A stretch of 64,000 bases of DNA. Origin: an uncultured Rhodospirillaceae bacterium (GTDB taxonomy: Bacteria > Pseudomonadota > Alphaproteobacteria > GCA-2731375). Numbering within the stretch: position 1 is the stretch's first letter; every line of letters starts with the position of its first letter. The stretch lies in NCBI GenBank assembly GCA_964344935.1, contig CAYFPL010000001.1:1276303-1340302 (forward strand). Direction: 5' to 3'. Below, one piece after another: positions 47,848 through 56,683 of the stretch. The position numbers and the translations under genes were made by a program. The notes under the pieces were generated by a model that made no database searches, was not told the origin of the DNA, and saw nothing but the letters and a program-made list of their open reading frames with translations.

Positions 47848-49940
47848 GTGCGCCTCTCGACCACGAAGTTCAGCGCGCCGTCGATCACACCGGCAAAATC
47901 CGGCGGTAGAACCAGGGTGGATTCTACTTCTTCTAAAATCGCTGGCCCTTCTATCTCCGTGCCGGGCGTCAAGGTGTCTCGATTGAAAACGGGGCTATCC
48001 AAATAGCCCATATCGGAGCCAAACCAGACACGGCGGCTGGCTCGCTTCTCTAGCGGACGATCCGACGCGCCGGCGCCGGCAAGGGCATCCTGCAACGGCG
48101 GCCGCGGGCCGCTGACGACCACGCGCCAGGTAATTGTTTCCGCCGCCATTGCCTCCGTACGGCCAAAACGGCGGCGATAGCTGTCGGCGAAACCGGCGGC
48201 AACGGCGTCTTCATTCCGATCGCCGATCCAGGCTTGGTCGACTGGCACCTCTACTTCGTATCCCTGGCCGATGTAACGCATCATGATGGAAACCCGAGTG
48301 GTGATATCTTTCGGGGCCACGCCCGCATCGCGTACTAAAATTTCAGCTTGCTTTGCCATGTTGTTGACCATGTCACGGGCCGCCGCCCAATCCACCTGCG
48401 CCAGCGGCGCCATATAAGCCTGGGCCAATTCGAACGAAATGGGCGCCCCCAGCATGCCGATGGCCGAGGCGACGCCGGCGCCGATAGGGCTGATCAGCCG
48501 GTCGATGCCTATCTTTCGCGCCATGGCACAGACATGGACCGGACCGGCACCACCGATAGGCACCAAGGTAAAGCGTTCCGCATTCAGGCCTTTTTCGATG
48601 GCATGGATGGCCGCCGCCTGGGCCATGTTGCCGGTTACCGTTTCGTGGACGCCCCAGGCTGCCTCTTCGATCGAGATGCCGAGGGGATCGGCCAATTGCT
48701 CTTTGATTGCAGTCGCGGCGCCCTTGGCGTCGAGGTGCATTTCCCCACCAAGAAAATTTTCGGGATCGAGATAGCCCAGGATCAAATCCGCGTCCGTCAC
48801 AGTAGGTTCTCGGCCGCCCAGGCCATAGCAGACCGGCCCAGGGTCGGAACCGGCACTATCCGGACCCACCTGAATCAGGCCCAGACGGTCGATGCGCGCG
48901 ATGCTCCCACCCCCCGCTCCAATTTCGATCATGTCGATGGCTGGAATCTGCAAGGGCAGGCCGCTGCCTTCTGCGAAACGGAAGACGCGGGCCACCTCGA
49001 ACGTGGCGGAACGCTGCGGCTCGCCATTCTCGATCATGCAGGCCTTGGCCGTGGTGCCGCCCATATCGAAGCACAGCAAATCGTCCGTATCCGACATAGC
49101 ACCATACAACACTGCCGCCTGCGCGCCCGCTGCCGGACCCGACTGCACCAGACGGATGGGAAACTGGGTCGCCGTTTCCGCCGTGACGAGCCGGCCATCC
49201 GAGAGGATCAGTAGCAAATCCCTGGTGAAGCCCATTTCCGAAAGGCCGCTTGCCAGGCGCGCGACATAAGCCTTGAAAATGGGATGTACATAGGCGTTGG
49301 CCACGGTGGTGGACGTACGTTCATACTCCCCCATCTCGGGGCTGACGGCGGCGGAGAGCGAAATCGACAGATCCGGCGCCAATTGCCGCAACCTCTCAGC
49401 AACCGCATGTTCATGGCCAGGATTGCGATAGGCATGCAGCAGGCAGACGGCAACGGACTGAACGCCGGTATCGACGAATTCCTTGGCGATGTCGTCCAGT
49501 TCTGACAGATCGACGGGCGTAATGGCCGCCCCTTGCGCGTTCATCCGTTCGGTGATCTCGCGCCGTGCCGGCCGGCCGGCAATAGGCTGGGGCATCTCGA
49601 TCGACAGATCGAACAGGTCGTAGCGCCATTCCCGTCCAATCTCGAGTACATCGCGGAAGCCCTTGGTGGTAATCAAACCGGTCGTAACACCCTTGCGTTC
49701 GATCAGGGCATTGGCCACCAGGGTGGTGCCGTGGATCACCGCCTCCACCTGGTCGGGGCGGACACCGCTGTCAGTCAGGATGCGACCGATACCGTCCATG
49801 ACTGCGCGGGATGGATCGTCGGGCGTGGTCAGCAATTTGGTCCGGACGGTCCGCCCGCCATTCAAATTCCAAAGCACAATGTCGGTGAATGTGCCGCCGA
49901 TATCGACGCCGATGCGATGGCCGCTGCCACTAACCGCCAT
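47844..49940 (-). CDS. Hydantoinase A / oxoprolinase family protein (third A paralog)
   Basis: RIGVDIGGTFTDIVL motif. Start ATG 49940. Stop overlaps the start of the downstream ThDP enzyme gene. Confidence 0.85.
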   Translation of the reverse strand: MAVSGSGHRIGVDIGGTFTDIVLWNLNGGRTVRTKLLTTPDDPSRAVMDGIGRILTDSGVRPDQVEAVIHGTTLVANALIERKGVTTGLITTKGFRDVLEIGREWRYDLFDLSIEMPQPIAGRPARREITERMNAQGAAITPVDLSELDDIAKEFVDTGVQSVAVCLLHAYRNPGHEHAVAERLRQLAPDLSISLSAAVSPEMGEYERTSTTVANAYVHPIFKAYVARLASGLSEMGFTRDLLLILSDGRLVTAETATQFPIRLVQSGPAAGAQAAVLYGAMSDTDDLLCFDMGGTTAKACMIENGEPQRSATFEVARVFRFAEGSGLPLQIPAIDMIEIGAGGGSIARIDRLGLIQVGPDSAGSDPGPVCYGLGGREPTVTDADLILGYLDPENFLGGEMHLDAKGAATAIKEQLADPLGISIEEAAWGVHETVTGNMAQAAAIHAIEKGLNAERFTLVPIGGAGPVHVCAMARKIGIDRLISPIGAGVASAIGMLGAPISFELAQAYMAPLAQVDWAAARDMVNNMAKQAEILVRDAGVAPKDITTRVSIMMRYIGQGYEVEVPVDQAWIGDRNEDAVAAGFADSYRRRFGRTEAMAAETITWRVVVSGPRPPLQDALAGAGASDRPLEKRASRRVWFGSDMGYLDSPVFNRDTLTPGTEIEGPAILEEVESTLVLPPDFAGVIDGALNFVVERRT

Positions 49941-51561
49941 AAACTTCGTCCGCTTTCTCTTCACTCAGCAGACCGCGTCGGATGTCCTGCTGTACAGCCT
50001 CGGCTGATCGCTTGGCAGGAGGGTGCAACCCACCCCCGCCGGGGGTTTGAAACGTGGCCACGTCGCCTGGCTGAAGATCTAACCGTGCCTTGGCGGGAAT
50101 GCTTTGTCCGTTGACCAGGTCCCGACCCGGCGCGCCGTCTTGGCCACCCAACAAGCCACGCGGTGGGAATTGAATGCGTTCGTGCCGAATGGTCATGGTT
50201 ATGGGCGCATCGGCGACGGATTTGAACGATAGCCGTTGGGCGTCACCGCCTCGGAAGCCGCCCTCGCCCGCACTGTCGGGCACGAAGCATTTCTCGGTCA
50301 CCAGCAAAGGCGCCTGGTTCTCGAACAACTCGATGGGCTGGTTCGATACATTCGACGGGAAACTCAGGCAACCAGGGCCGTCGCCGTCAGGCCGGGCCCC
50401 GTGGCCGCCGTTCATGAAAAACATCTTCACGAACCCTTCGCCACTGTCCGGCTGCCGGCCCTTGAAATAGACATTCCAAAGTGGCGAACCGGATTCAGCG
50501 ATGACCCGGTCGGGCAGCACGGAACTCAAAGCCCCGAATATTGCCGGCGGGGCATAGTGGCCCGAAAGATGCCGCCCCCAGACTGGTGCTGGCCGTTTGG
50601 CGTTCAGAAGACAGCCTTCGGGAGCCCGGATGGTAACCGCCTCGAATGATCCGCTGTTGTTCGGCGCACCAGGATCCAACAGGCATTTCAGGGCGAAGCA
50701 GGAATAGGCCTGGGTGTAGTTCATCACGCTGTTGATGGGATACTTGATCTGGAGGGAGGTGCCGGCGAAGTCCACATCGATTGTTTCGCCGTCGATGGTG
50801 ACCGTGCAGCGGATGGTCAATGGTTCATCGAAGCCGTCGATCTGAAATTCATCGCTGTAGGCGCCGTTGGGCAGATCACGGATCACCGCCCGCATGCTGG
50901 CGGCGGAGCGGCCAATGATTTCGGCGATGACGGCTTCGAAATCATCCAGGCGTTCTTCTTCAAGCACCTCCAAGACCTTGCGCTGACAATCATGATAGGC
51001 GGCAAACTGCGCCCGAATGTCACCAAGCGTCTCTGCAGGCGCGCGCAGGTTCTCGGTCAGAAAATCGATCACCAGTTCGTTTTCAACGCCCCCCTCGACG
51101 ATCTTGCAGATGGGAATGCACAGGCCCTCTTCGAATGAATCCTGGGCGCTGGGCGAGGGTGCGCCGCCAATATCAACGCTATGGGCCGTGCTGCCGGCGA
51201 AGGCAATCAGTCGGCCGTCCCGGAACAGCGGGCAGATCATGGAGATATCGTTCAGGTGTCCGGTGCCGATCCAAGCGTCATTAGTGATAACGACATCGCC
51301 GGGTCGGAGGCTTTCGGCCGGAAACTTCTCCAACACCGCTGCCAGGGTCCGGGGCAAGGTACCGATGAAACTGGGAATGGAACGCTTTGACTGGACAAAC
51401 TGCCGGCCGCGGATATCAAGCAGGCTGAATGCCATATCATAGTTGTCGCGCACGACAGTGGAAAATGCCGCCCTGATGAAAGTTTCCGAAACCTGGTCAA
51501 CGATGCCATTCAGGCGCTGCCAGATCAGGCCCAGGCGAATGGGGTCCATGGCCTCAGTCAT
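49930..51561 (-). CDS. Hydantoinase B / oxoprolinase family protein (third B paralog)
   Basis: 543 aa, hydantoinase_B similarity (NDAWIGTGHLND, HSVDIGG). Here B precedes A, the opposite order to the 1878-5557 pair. Confidence 0.85.
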   Translation of the reverse strand: MTEAMDPIRLGLIWQRLNGIVDQVSETFIRAAFSTVVRDNYDMAFSLLDIRGRQFVQSKRSIPSFIGTLPRTLAAVLEKFPAESLRPGDVVITNDAWIGTGHLNDISMICPLFRDGRLIAFAGSTAHSVDIGGAPSPSAQDSFEEGLCIPICKIVEGGVENELVIDFLTENLRAPAETLGDIRAQFAAYHDCQRKVLEVLEEERLDDFEAVIAEIIGRSAASMRAVIRDLPNGAYSDEFQIDGFDEPLTIRCTVTIDGETIDVDFAGTSLQIKYPINSVMNYTQAYSCFALKCLLDPGAPNNSGSFEAVTIRAPEGCLLNAKRPAPVWGRHLSGHYAPPAIFGALSSVLPDRVIAESGSPLWNVYFKGRQPDSGEGFVKMFFMNGGHGARPDGDGPGCLSFPSNVSNQPIELFENQAPLLVTEKCFVPDSAGEGGFRGGDAQRLSFKSVADAPITMTIRHERIQFPPRGLLGGQDGAPGRDLVNGQSIPAKARLDLQPGDVATFQTPGGGGLHPPAKRSAEAVQQDIRRGLLSEEKADEVYGG

Positions 51562-52492
51562 TGTAGACCGGGCTTAGCCAATGTTCATGCCCCGCTGCGC
51601 GGCCCCGGACAATATCGTCGAACCGTGCCTGCAGGCGTCTGGTCACCGGCCCCGGCACACCTTCGCCAACGGGACGGCCGTCGAAGGCTGTCACGGGACT
51701 GATTTCCTGCCCGGTACCGCAATAAAAGGCCTCTTCTGCCAGATACAGCTCCGTGCGGCCGATGGGCCGCTCGGCTGTTTCTATGCCCATGGGTCCCGCG
51801 ATATCCAGGATGGATTGCCGCGTGATGCTTTCCAATATGCCGCTGTTCACATCCGGCGTGAGAAACACGCCGTCGCGCATGAGGAACAGGCAACCTCCAG
51901 GGCCTTCGCTGATGGTTCCGTCGTTGTTCAGGATCACGGCCCCACCGGCGCCATGGCGCTTGGCCTCTAATCCGGCAAGGCGGCTGTTGAGGTAGTTGGC
52001 GGAGGCCTTGATACGCGGCGGCGAGGCATTCTCGCTATTGCGGGACCAGGACGAGGTGATGAAAGTCTGGCCCTTTTCGAAAGTCGCGACTCGAGGTCGG
52101 GGCCGGCAGATCACCGTGCTGCCCAGCGGACCCGTAGCCGTCATGGACCCCCAATCGTCCACATAGACCTGCAGGCGGATATAGGTGTCCTCGCGGAATT
52201 CGTTGGCCTTTAGCGTCGCCATGATGTCGGCGGCGAAGACCTCGGAAGAGGGCGGGTCATCCAGTTCCAACAAATTCATGGAGAATTGCAGGCGTTTGAG
52301 ATGATCGTCGAGACGGAAAATGTAGAGATCCTGCGCGGCTTCGTTCCAGTAGGCGCGAAAGCCTTCGAACACCAGGGCGGCGAAGGTCAGTCCCGGCGCC
52401 ATGACAGAAATCTTGGCGTCTTCGTAAGGGACAAGGGCGTGGTTCTGCATCACCCATTTGATCTGGGCACGGCTATCAGCAGTTGTACTCAC
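51554..52492 (-). CDS. Class IV aminotransferase (branched-chain amino acid / D-amino acid aminotransferase family)
   Basis: The N-terminus aligns with IlvE-type proteins (IKWVMQNHALVPYEDAKISVM...VFEGFRAY). GTG start at 52492; an alternative ATG is at 52450. Confidence 0.8.
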   Translation of the reverse strand: MSTTADSRAQIKWVMQNHALVPYEDAKISVMAPGLTFAALVFEGFRAYWNEAAQDLYIFRLDDHLKRLQFSMNLLELDDPPSSEVFAADIMATLKANEFREDTYIRLQVYVDDWGSMTATGPLGSTVICRPRPRVATFEKGQTFITSSWSRNSENASPPRIKASANYLNSRLAGLEAKRHGAGGAVILNNDGTISEGPGGCLFLMRDGVFLTPDVNSGILESITRQSILDIAGPMGIETAERPIGRTELYLAEEAFYCGTGQEISPVTAFDGRPVGEGVPGPVTRRLQARFDDIVRGRAAGHEHWLSPVYND

Positions 52493-52496
52493 TGGC

Positions 52497-53423
52497 TCAG
52501 AGGTCCCAACTGACGAATATAGCCCGTAAAGCCGTTACCAGGGCGAGAGGCTGGTCGATGGCGATATGGTGCTGGGCGTCGGGGACGCAGATCATCGGAT
52601 TTGCGGCATCGAATATGGGCGCCATATATTCCGCTACGTCAGGCCCGAATATGGCACTGTCCGCGCCATATATCATCGCCTTGCGGCAGGTGAGGCCGCG
52701 CAAATAGTCTTCCAGCGGCTCGTCATGCAGACCTGCAACCCTGGCGGACGGGTCGAACTTCCAAGTATAGCCCCCTTCACATGGTTTCAGGGATTGGCGC
52801 GCAATATGTTCGACGATGTATTCGTTCTCGCAGTATTGCGGCGGAATAGTGCGAAAGCGGTAGACCATTTCCTCCGGATCTTCAAAGACCCGGTTCGGCG
52901 GCCGTTTTGGTGGATCGTAAAAACGACGTTTCTCGCCAGTCGGCCGATTTTCGGGCCGTAGAGGCGAATCTATGATGACCGCGCCGGCCATCTGATCGGC
53001 ATATTTGTTGCCATAGCACATGGTCATGAAACCGCCGAAACTGTGCCCCACGATGATTGGTTTTTCGCCCAAATTCGCAGCCTCCAGCACGGCGGCAATT
53101 TCCGGCACGTGAAATTCGCTGCCATAGAATTCGCGCCAGCCACTATCGCCCATGCCGGATAGGTCGATCGCCGCGACAGGCCTGTCGGAAGAGAAAAACG
53201 GTGCGATGAACGACCACCACTGGGCGTGGCAGCCCGCGCCATGAATGAACAGAATGCCCGTCCGTTCGGATACCTCCGGACCCCAGCGTAGATAATTGAT
53301 CTCGCAGTCCATCACCTGTACCTGGTGAGAGGTAGGCGTGTCTTGTAATGCCTGTTCGAACCAATAGGGCGGCTCCACGGGGGGCGGTTCCTGCGGCGGG
53401 GGCTGCGGCGGTTCCTCGTACAT
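52497..53423 (-). CDS. Alpha/beta-fold hydrolase
   Basis: Nucleophile-elbow GHSFGG and HGAG oxyanion motifs. Pro-rich N-terminus. ATG 53423 chosen; the track ORF starts at a TTG at 53489. Confidence 0.7.
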   Translation of the reverse strand: MYEEPPQPPPQEPPPVEPPYWFEQALQDTPTSHQVQVMDCEINYLRWGPEVSERTGILFIHGAGCHAQWWSFIAPFFSSDRPVAAIDLSGMGDSGWREFYGSEFHVPEIAAVLEAANLGEKPIIVGHSFGGFMTMCYGNKYADQMAGAVIIDSPLRPENRPTGEKRRFYDPPKRPPNRVFEDPEEMVYRFRTIPPQYCENEYIVEHIARQSLKPCEGGYTWKFDPSARVAGLHDEPLEDYLRGLTCRKAMIYGADSAIFGPDVAEYMAPIFDAANPMICVPDAQHHIAIDQPLALVTALRAIFVSWDL

Positions 53424-53533
53424 AACGGTTGTCCAATTAATTGAGTGATCTGTGACGACATACACTGCACAGGGATCGAATTTGGTCAATATGACACTAT
53501 GTTAGTGTAAAAGCATATTCAGGAGAGCTTGGC

Positions 53534-54886
53534 ATGTCAGAAGCGGCGGCGCATGAGGATACAGGGGTTTCGGTGGAGCAGAATTCCTTTCTGCAAGGCA
53601 ACTTTGCCCCGGTGGAGGAGGAAGTCACGACTTCTGAGCTCGTCGTCGAAGGTGCCATTCCAATGGAACTGAACGGCGCCCTGTTACGCGACGGCCCCAA
53701 CCCCATCGCGCCCGGCCCGGGCCACCATTGGTTCCAGGGTGACGGCATGGTGCATGGGATCAACCTGCGCGACGGCCAGGCCCTTGGCTACCGCAACCGC
53801 TGGGTCCGCACCAAGCAGGTAGAGGAACTCAAAGGCTTTACCGCGGCGCCAACCAGTCCTCATCAGCCCATGCAGCAGGGCTCGGGCAGCGTCAACGTCA
53901 TCGGCCATGGGGGGCGCATTCTGGCACTGCCGGAAGTCGGCCTGCCCTGGGAACTGGATGGTGAGCTCAATACCGTCGGCCAGTGGGATTATGACGGCGC
54001 CTTACGCAGCAACATGACCGCGCATCCGAAAATTGACCCCATCAGCGGCGAGCTGGTCTTCTTTGGCTACGATTTCGGCAACATCAGCCTGCGTTACCAC
54101 GTCGCCGACCGCGCCGGAGAGTTAATACGCACGGTGGAGATCGAGAAACCTATCCCCACCATGATGCATGATTTCGGGGTTACCGAGAGCAGGGTCATAT
54201 TCATGGACCTGCCCGTCGCCTTCAGCCTGGAAATGGCCATGGCCGGCAAGGGGCTGCCCTTCCATTGGCGGGACGACATGCCCGCCCGGCTGGGCTTATT
54301 GCCGCGCGATGCGACGTCCGACCAAGTACAATGGTTCGAAATCGACACCTGCTTCGTTTACCATCCGCTGAACGCCTATGACGACGGCGACGAGATCATC
54401 TTCGATGTGGTCCGCCACGACCGCACCTTCGTCAAGGGCCGGCTGGAGGACGGCGGCGAGATCAGGCTGGAACGCTGGACCATCGACCCGGCCAAAGAGC
54501 GGGTGAGCGCCGAGGTGATAAGCGACCGCAGCCAGGAATTCCCCCGCGTCGACCCCCGTGTGGAGTGCCGGGCGCACCGGTTTGGATACGGTGTTGATTT
54601 CGAGTTGAAATCAGGGCCGGGCGGGCTGTTGAAACATGACCTGGAGAACCGCACCGCCATCCTGCACGACACCGGCCCGGCGGGCGCGGCCAGCGAGGGC
54701 GTCTTCGTCCCGGTTGGAGATGGCGAGGACGAAGGCTATGTATTGTCCGTGGTCTATGATGGTGATACTGGCGGCAGCCACCTTCGCATCATCGATGCTC
54801 AGGATTTTGCCGGCCCGCCCCTGGCCAAGGTCCACCTGCCACAACGGGTGCCGTTCGGGTTTCATGGCAACTGGATCGCAGGCTGA
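53534..54886 (+). CDS. Carotenoid cleavage oxygenase family protein (lignostilbene-alpha,beta-dioxygenase-like, RPE65 family)
   Basis: 450 aa with conserved His ligand contexts (HPKID, FVYHPLNAY, FHGNW C-terminus). RBS AGGAGAG. Confidence 0.85.
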   Translation: MSEAAAHEDTGVSVEQNSFLQGNFAPVEEEVTTSELVVEGAIPMELNGALLRDGPNPIAPGPGHHWFQGDGMVHGINLRDGQALGYRNRWVRTKQVEELKGFTAAPTSPHQPMQQGSGSVNVIGHGGRILALPEVGLPWELDGELNTVGQWDYDGALRSNMTAHPKIDPISGELVFFGYDFGNISLRYHVADRAGELIRTVEIEKPIPTMMHDFGVTESRVIFMDLPVAFSLEMAMAGKGLPFHWRDDMPARLGLLPRDATSDQVQWFEIDTCFVYHPLNAYDDGDEIIFDVVRHDRTFVKGRLEDGGEIRLERWTIDPAKERVSAEVISDRSQEFPRVDPRVECRAHRFGYGVDFELKSGPGGLLKHDLENRTAILHDTGPAGAASEGVFVPVGDGEDEGYVLSVVYDGDTGGSHLRIIDAQDFAGPPLAKVHLPQRVPFGFHGNWIAG

Positions 54887-54964
54887 TGTTTTTTGCAATA
54901 AACAAGGCGTGTTTGGACTTCGTCAATAATTCCCTGCCATCATGATTAGCGGAGGTAGGTAGAC

Positions 54965-55444
54965 ATGAACTTTTGGGACACATTGCTAAACCCCGACCGG
55001 GATGAGTTTCCTAACCGGACGGTCGTCGTCAACGCGGCCAACTTGCTGGAAGTTGGCGAGTTTCAATTCCTACAACTGGCGTTCGCCCATTGGCACGGCC
55101 GGGATATGACACCGGCGGAAGCGAACGAAGTGTTTACCTCTTTCATGATCCGCTCGGAAGTGCCTACCTGGGCGCTGCAATATGCACGCGATATCCGCAC
55201 GCTGGACCAAAACAGCGAACTCGACGGCAACGATCCCAACTATCACCGCTACGATGTGGTCAAGACGCCGCCTACGCCCATGGGCCCGCAAGCCGGCTTT
55301 CTGGCTTCGGTCGTTTTCCTGGTCGGAACACTCGGCGGCGCGTTGGCCCTGGCCAGCGATGTAGCCAACGATCAATCGCCGTGCAGCGGACAGTTCCCGC
55401 CCTGTGTGGCCACCAGCGATATTCCCGACTCCCGTTCGCAATAA
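54965..55444 (+). CDS. Hypothetical protein with C-terminal hydrophobic segment
   Basis: 159-aa ORF with a good RBS (GGAGGTAGG). Predicted TM helix near the C-terminus (FLASVVFLVGTLGGALALA). No family recognised. Confidence 0.5.
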   Translation: MNFWDTLLNPDRDEFPNRTVVVNAANLLEVGEFQFLQLAFAHWHGRDMTPAEANEVFTSFMIRSEVPTWALQYARDIRTLDQNSELDGNDPNYHRYDVVKTPPTPMGPQAGFLASVVFLVGTLGGALALASDVANDQSPCSGQFPPCVATSDIPDSRSQ

Positions 55445-55505
55445 CGCTACGAACGACCGGTGTCCCGCCCTTGCCCCCTTGGCGGGGCTTGGTTAGGCTG
55501 ACGCC

Positions 55506-55709
55506 ATGTTTGAATTCGCCGGCGAATGGGAACAACCCATCAACATCATCTTTCTGATTGTCACCGCAGGCGTCGCTGTGCACGCTATCCGCTACAAGGA
55601 CAAAGAAGGAAAAAGCGACGGCGTCCGCTTGTTATTCGGCTGTATTGCTGCCGTTTTCTTTATGCTGGTGCTGTTTCAGGACGTATTGGGCCTAGTGACG
55701 TTTTCTTAG
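55506..55709 (+). CDS. Small hypothetical membrane protein (two predicted TM helices)
   Basis: 67 aa, two hydrophobic helices. Weak RBS. Low confidence as a real gene. Confidence 0.3.
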   Translation: MFEFAGEWEQPINIIFLIVTAGVAVHAIRYKDKEGKSDGVRLLFGCIAAVFFMLVLFQDVLGLVTFS

Positions 55710-55710
55710 C

Positions 55711-56319
55711 CTAGGGCTTGTGGTCGCGGGATTTCGCGTCCTCTTCCGGTATTCGAAGGACCTGTTGATCCTTTGGCTTTTGCAGTTCCTTGTAGAGGTA
55801 CTCCGCCCGTTTTTGCACGGTCGAGGGGCTAGGGTCATAGAGGATCCGGTCGATCAAGCCTGGGCCTTCCACCGCTTCGGCATCCACCTTCAAGGCTTCA
55901 ATGTAATTCTTGAGCGCCAATTCATGTCGGTTGTTGCGGTCGTGCACAATGCCCAGGTTGGCATAGGCGGCGGCAAGGGTGCCGCGGCCCGTGGCGTCGT
56001 TCTCCGCCAAGGTATCGTTCAGGAACTTAATCAACCCTTCCAACTCCACTACCGCCTCGTCATGACGGCCAGTGGCGATCAGTACGGTGATTCTGCCCAT
56101 GAGGGCGCCACGATGATCGGGGTTGATGCGCAGGGCGGCGTTGAAATTCTCTATGGCGTCGGCATAGTCCTTGGTGCCGAGATACATGGCGCCGCGCTCC
56201 GTCTCGTAGTCGCCGGGCGGTCGGTCGAAGAAACTGTCATAGAACATCACGGTACCGCCCGTGAGGGCTAAGGCGATGAACATGATAAAGATGAACCGCC
56301 GCAATACCCGTGGGTTCAT
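55711..56319 (-). CDS. TPR-repeat protein with N-terminal membrane anchor
   Basis: Start ATG 56319 (MNPRVLRRFIFIMFIALALTGG) followed by TPR-like repeats (AIENFNAALRINPDH..., LKNYIEALKVD). ATGA overlap with the upstream small membrane gene. Confidence 0.6.
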   Translation of the reverse strand: MNPRVLRRFIFIMFIALALTGGTVMFYDSFFDRPPGDYETERGAMYLGTKDYADAIENFNAALRINPDHRGALMGRITVLIATGRHDEAVVELEGLIKFLNDTLAENDATGRGTLAAAYANLGIVHDRNNRHELALKNYIEALKVDAEAVEGPGLIDRILYDPSPSTVQKRAEYLYKELQKPKDQQVLRIPEEDAKSRDHKP

Positions 56320-56558
56320 GAGCCTGGACCAAATAGGTAGTTGGTGTAGATCAGCGAGAACAGAAAACACAATAGAGCCGCCGTGATGCCGGCCCGGCGG
56401 TACAGGCGCTGCCGTTCCGCCTCGTCCCCGGCGCCGCCCTTGCTCTGTGCCCTGCGCACGGTCATCACCCAGATCAGCTTTCGCACCGGGAAGAATAAAA
56501 GAACCGTCAGCACAACGGCCCAAAGCAACCAATACTGCGGCTGAAAAATCCCCGCCAT
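56316..56558 (-). CDS. Small hypothetical inner-membrane protein (two TM helices)
   Basis: 80 aa. Hydrophobic helices flank a charged loop (RRAQSKGGAGDEAERQRLYRR). Translationally coupled to the TPR gene. Confidence 0.45.
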   Translation of the reverse strand: MAGIFQPQYWLLWAVVLTVLLFFPVRKLIWVMTVRRAQSKGGAGDEAERQRLYRRAGITAALLCFLFSLIYTNYLFGPGS

Positions 56559-56599
56559 GACGATCCGCTCAAAGTCCCGCCGAAGACCTCAGGCTAACG

Positions 56600-56640
56600 A
56601 AAAAAGGGGGGAAGGGCCATGCCCTTCCCCCGAAATTTTC
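56600..56640 (-). terminator. Rho-independent terminator (11-bp GC stem, 3-nt loop, T6 tract on the minus strand)
   Basis: GGGGGAAGGGC-CAT-GCCCTTCCCCC at 56607-56631. Flanked by AAAAAA (56600-56605) on the plus strand, which is CTTTTTT on the minus strand. Lies about 50 nt downstream of the SSS transporter stop. Confidence 0.65.
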
Positions 56641-56683
56641 GCTCTGAGCATGGCGCGATGGCACCACACCCAGACTACTCTGG

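Noticed and set aside
54860-54900. Possible terminator after the cleavage oxygenase (T6 tract after stop)
   Set aside because: The T-run is present, but the preceding sequence forms at best a 3-bp stem. This is too weak to call.
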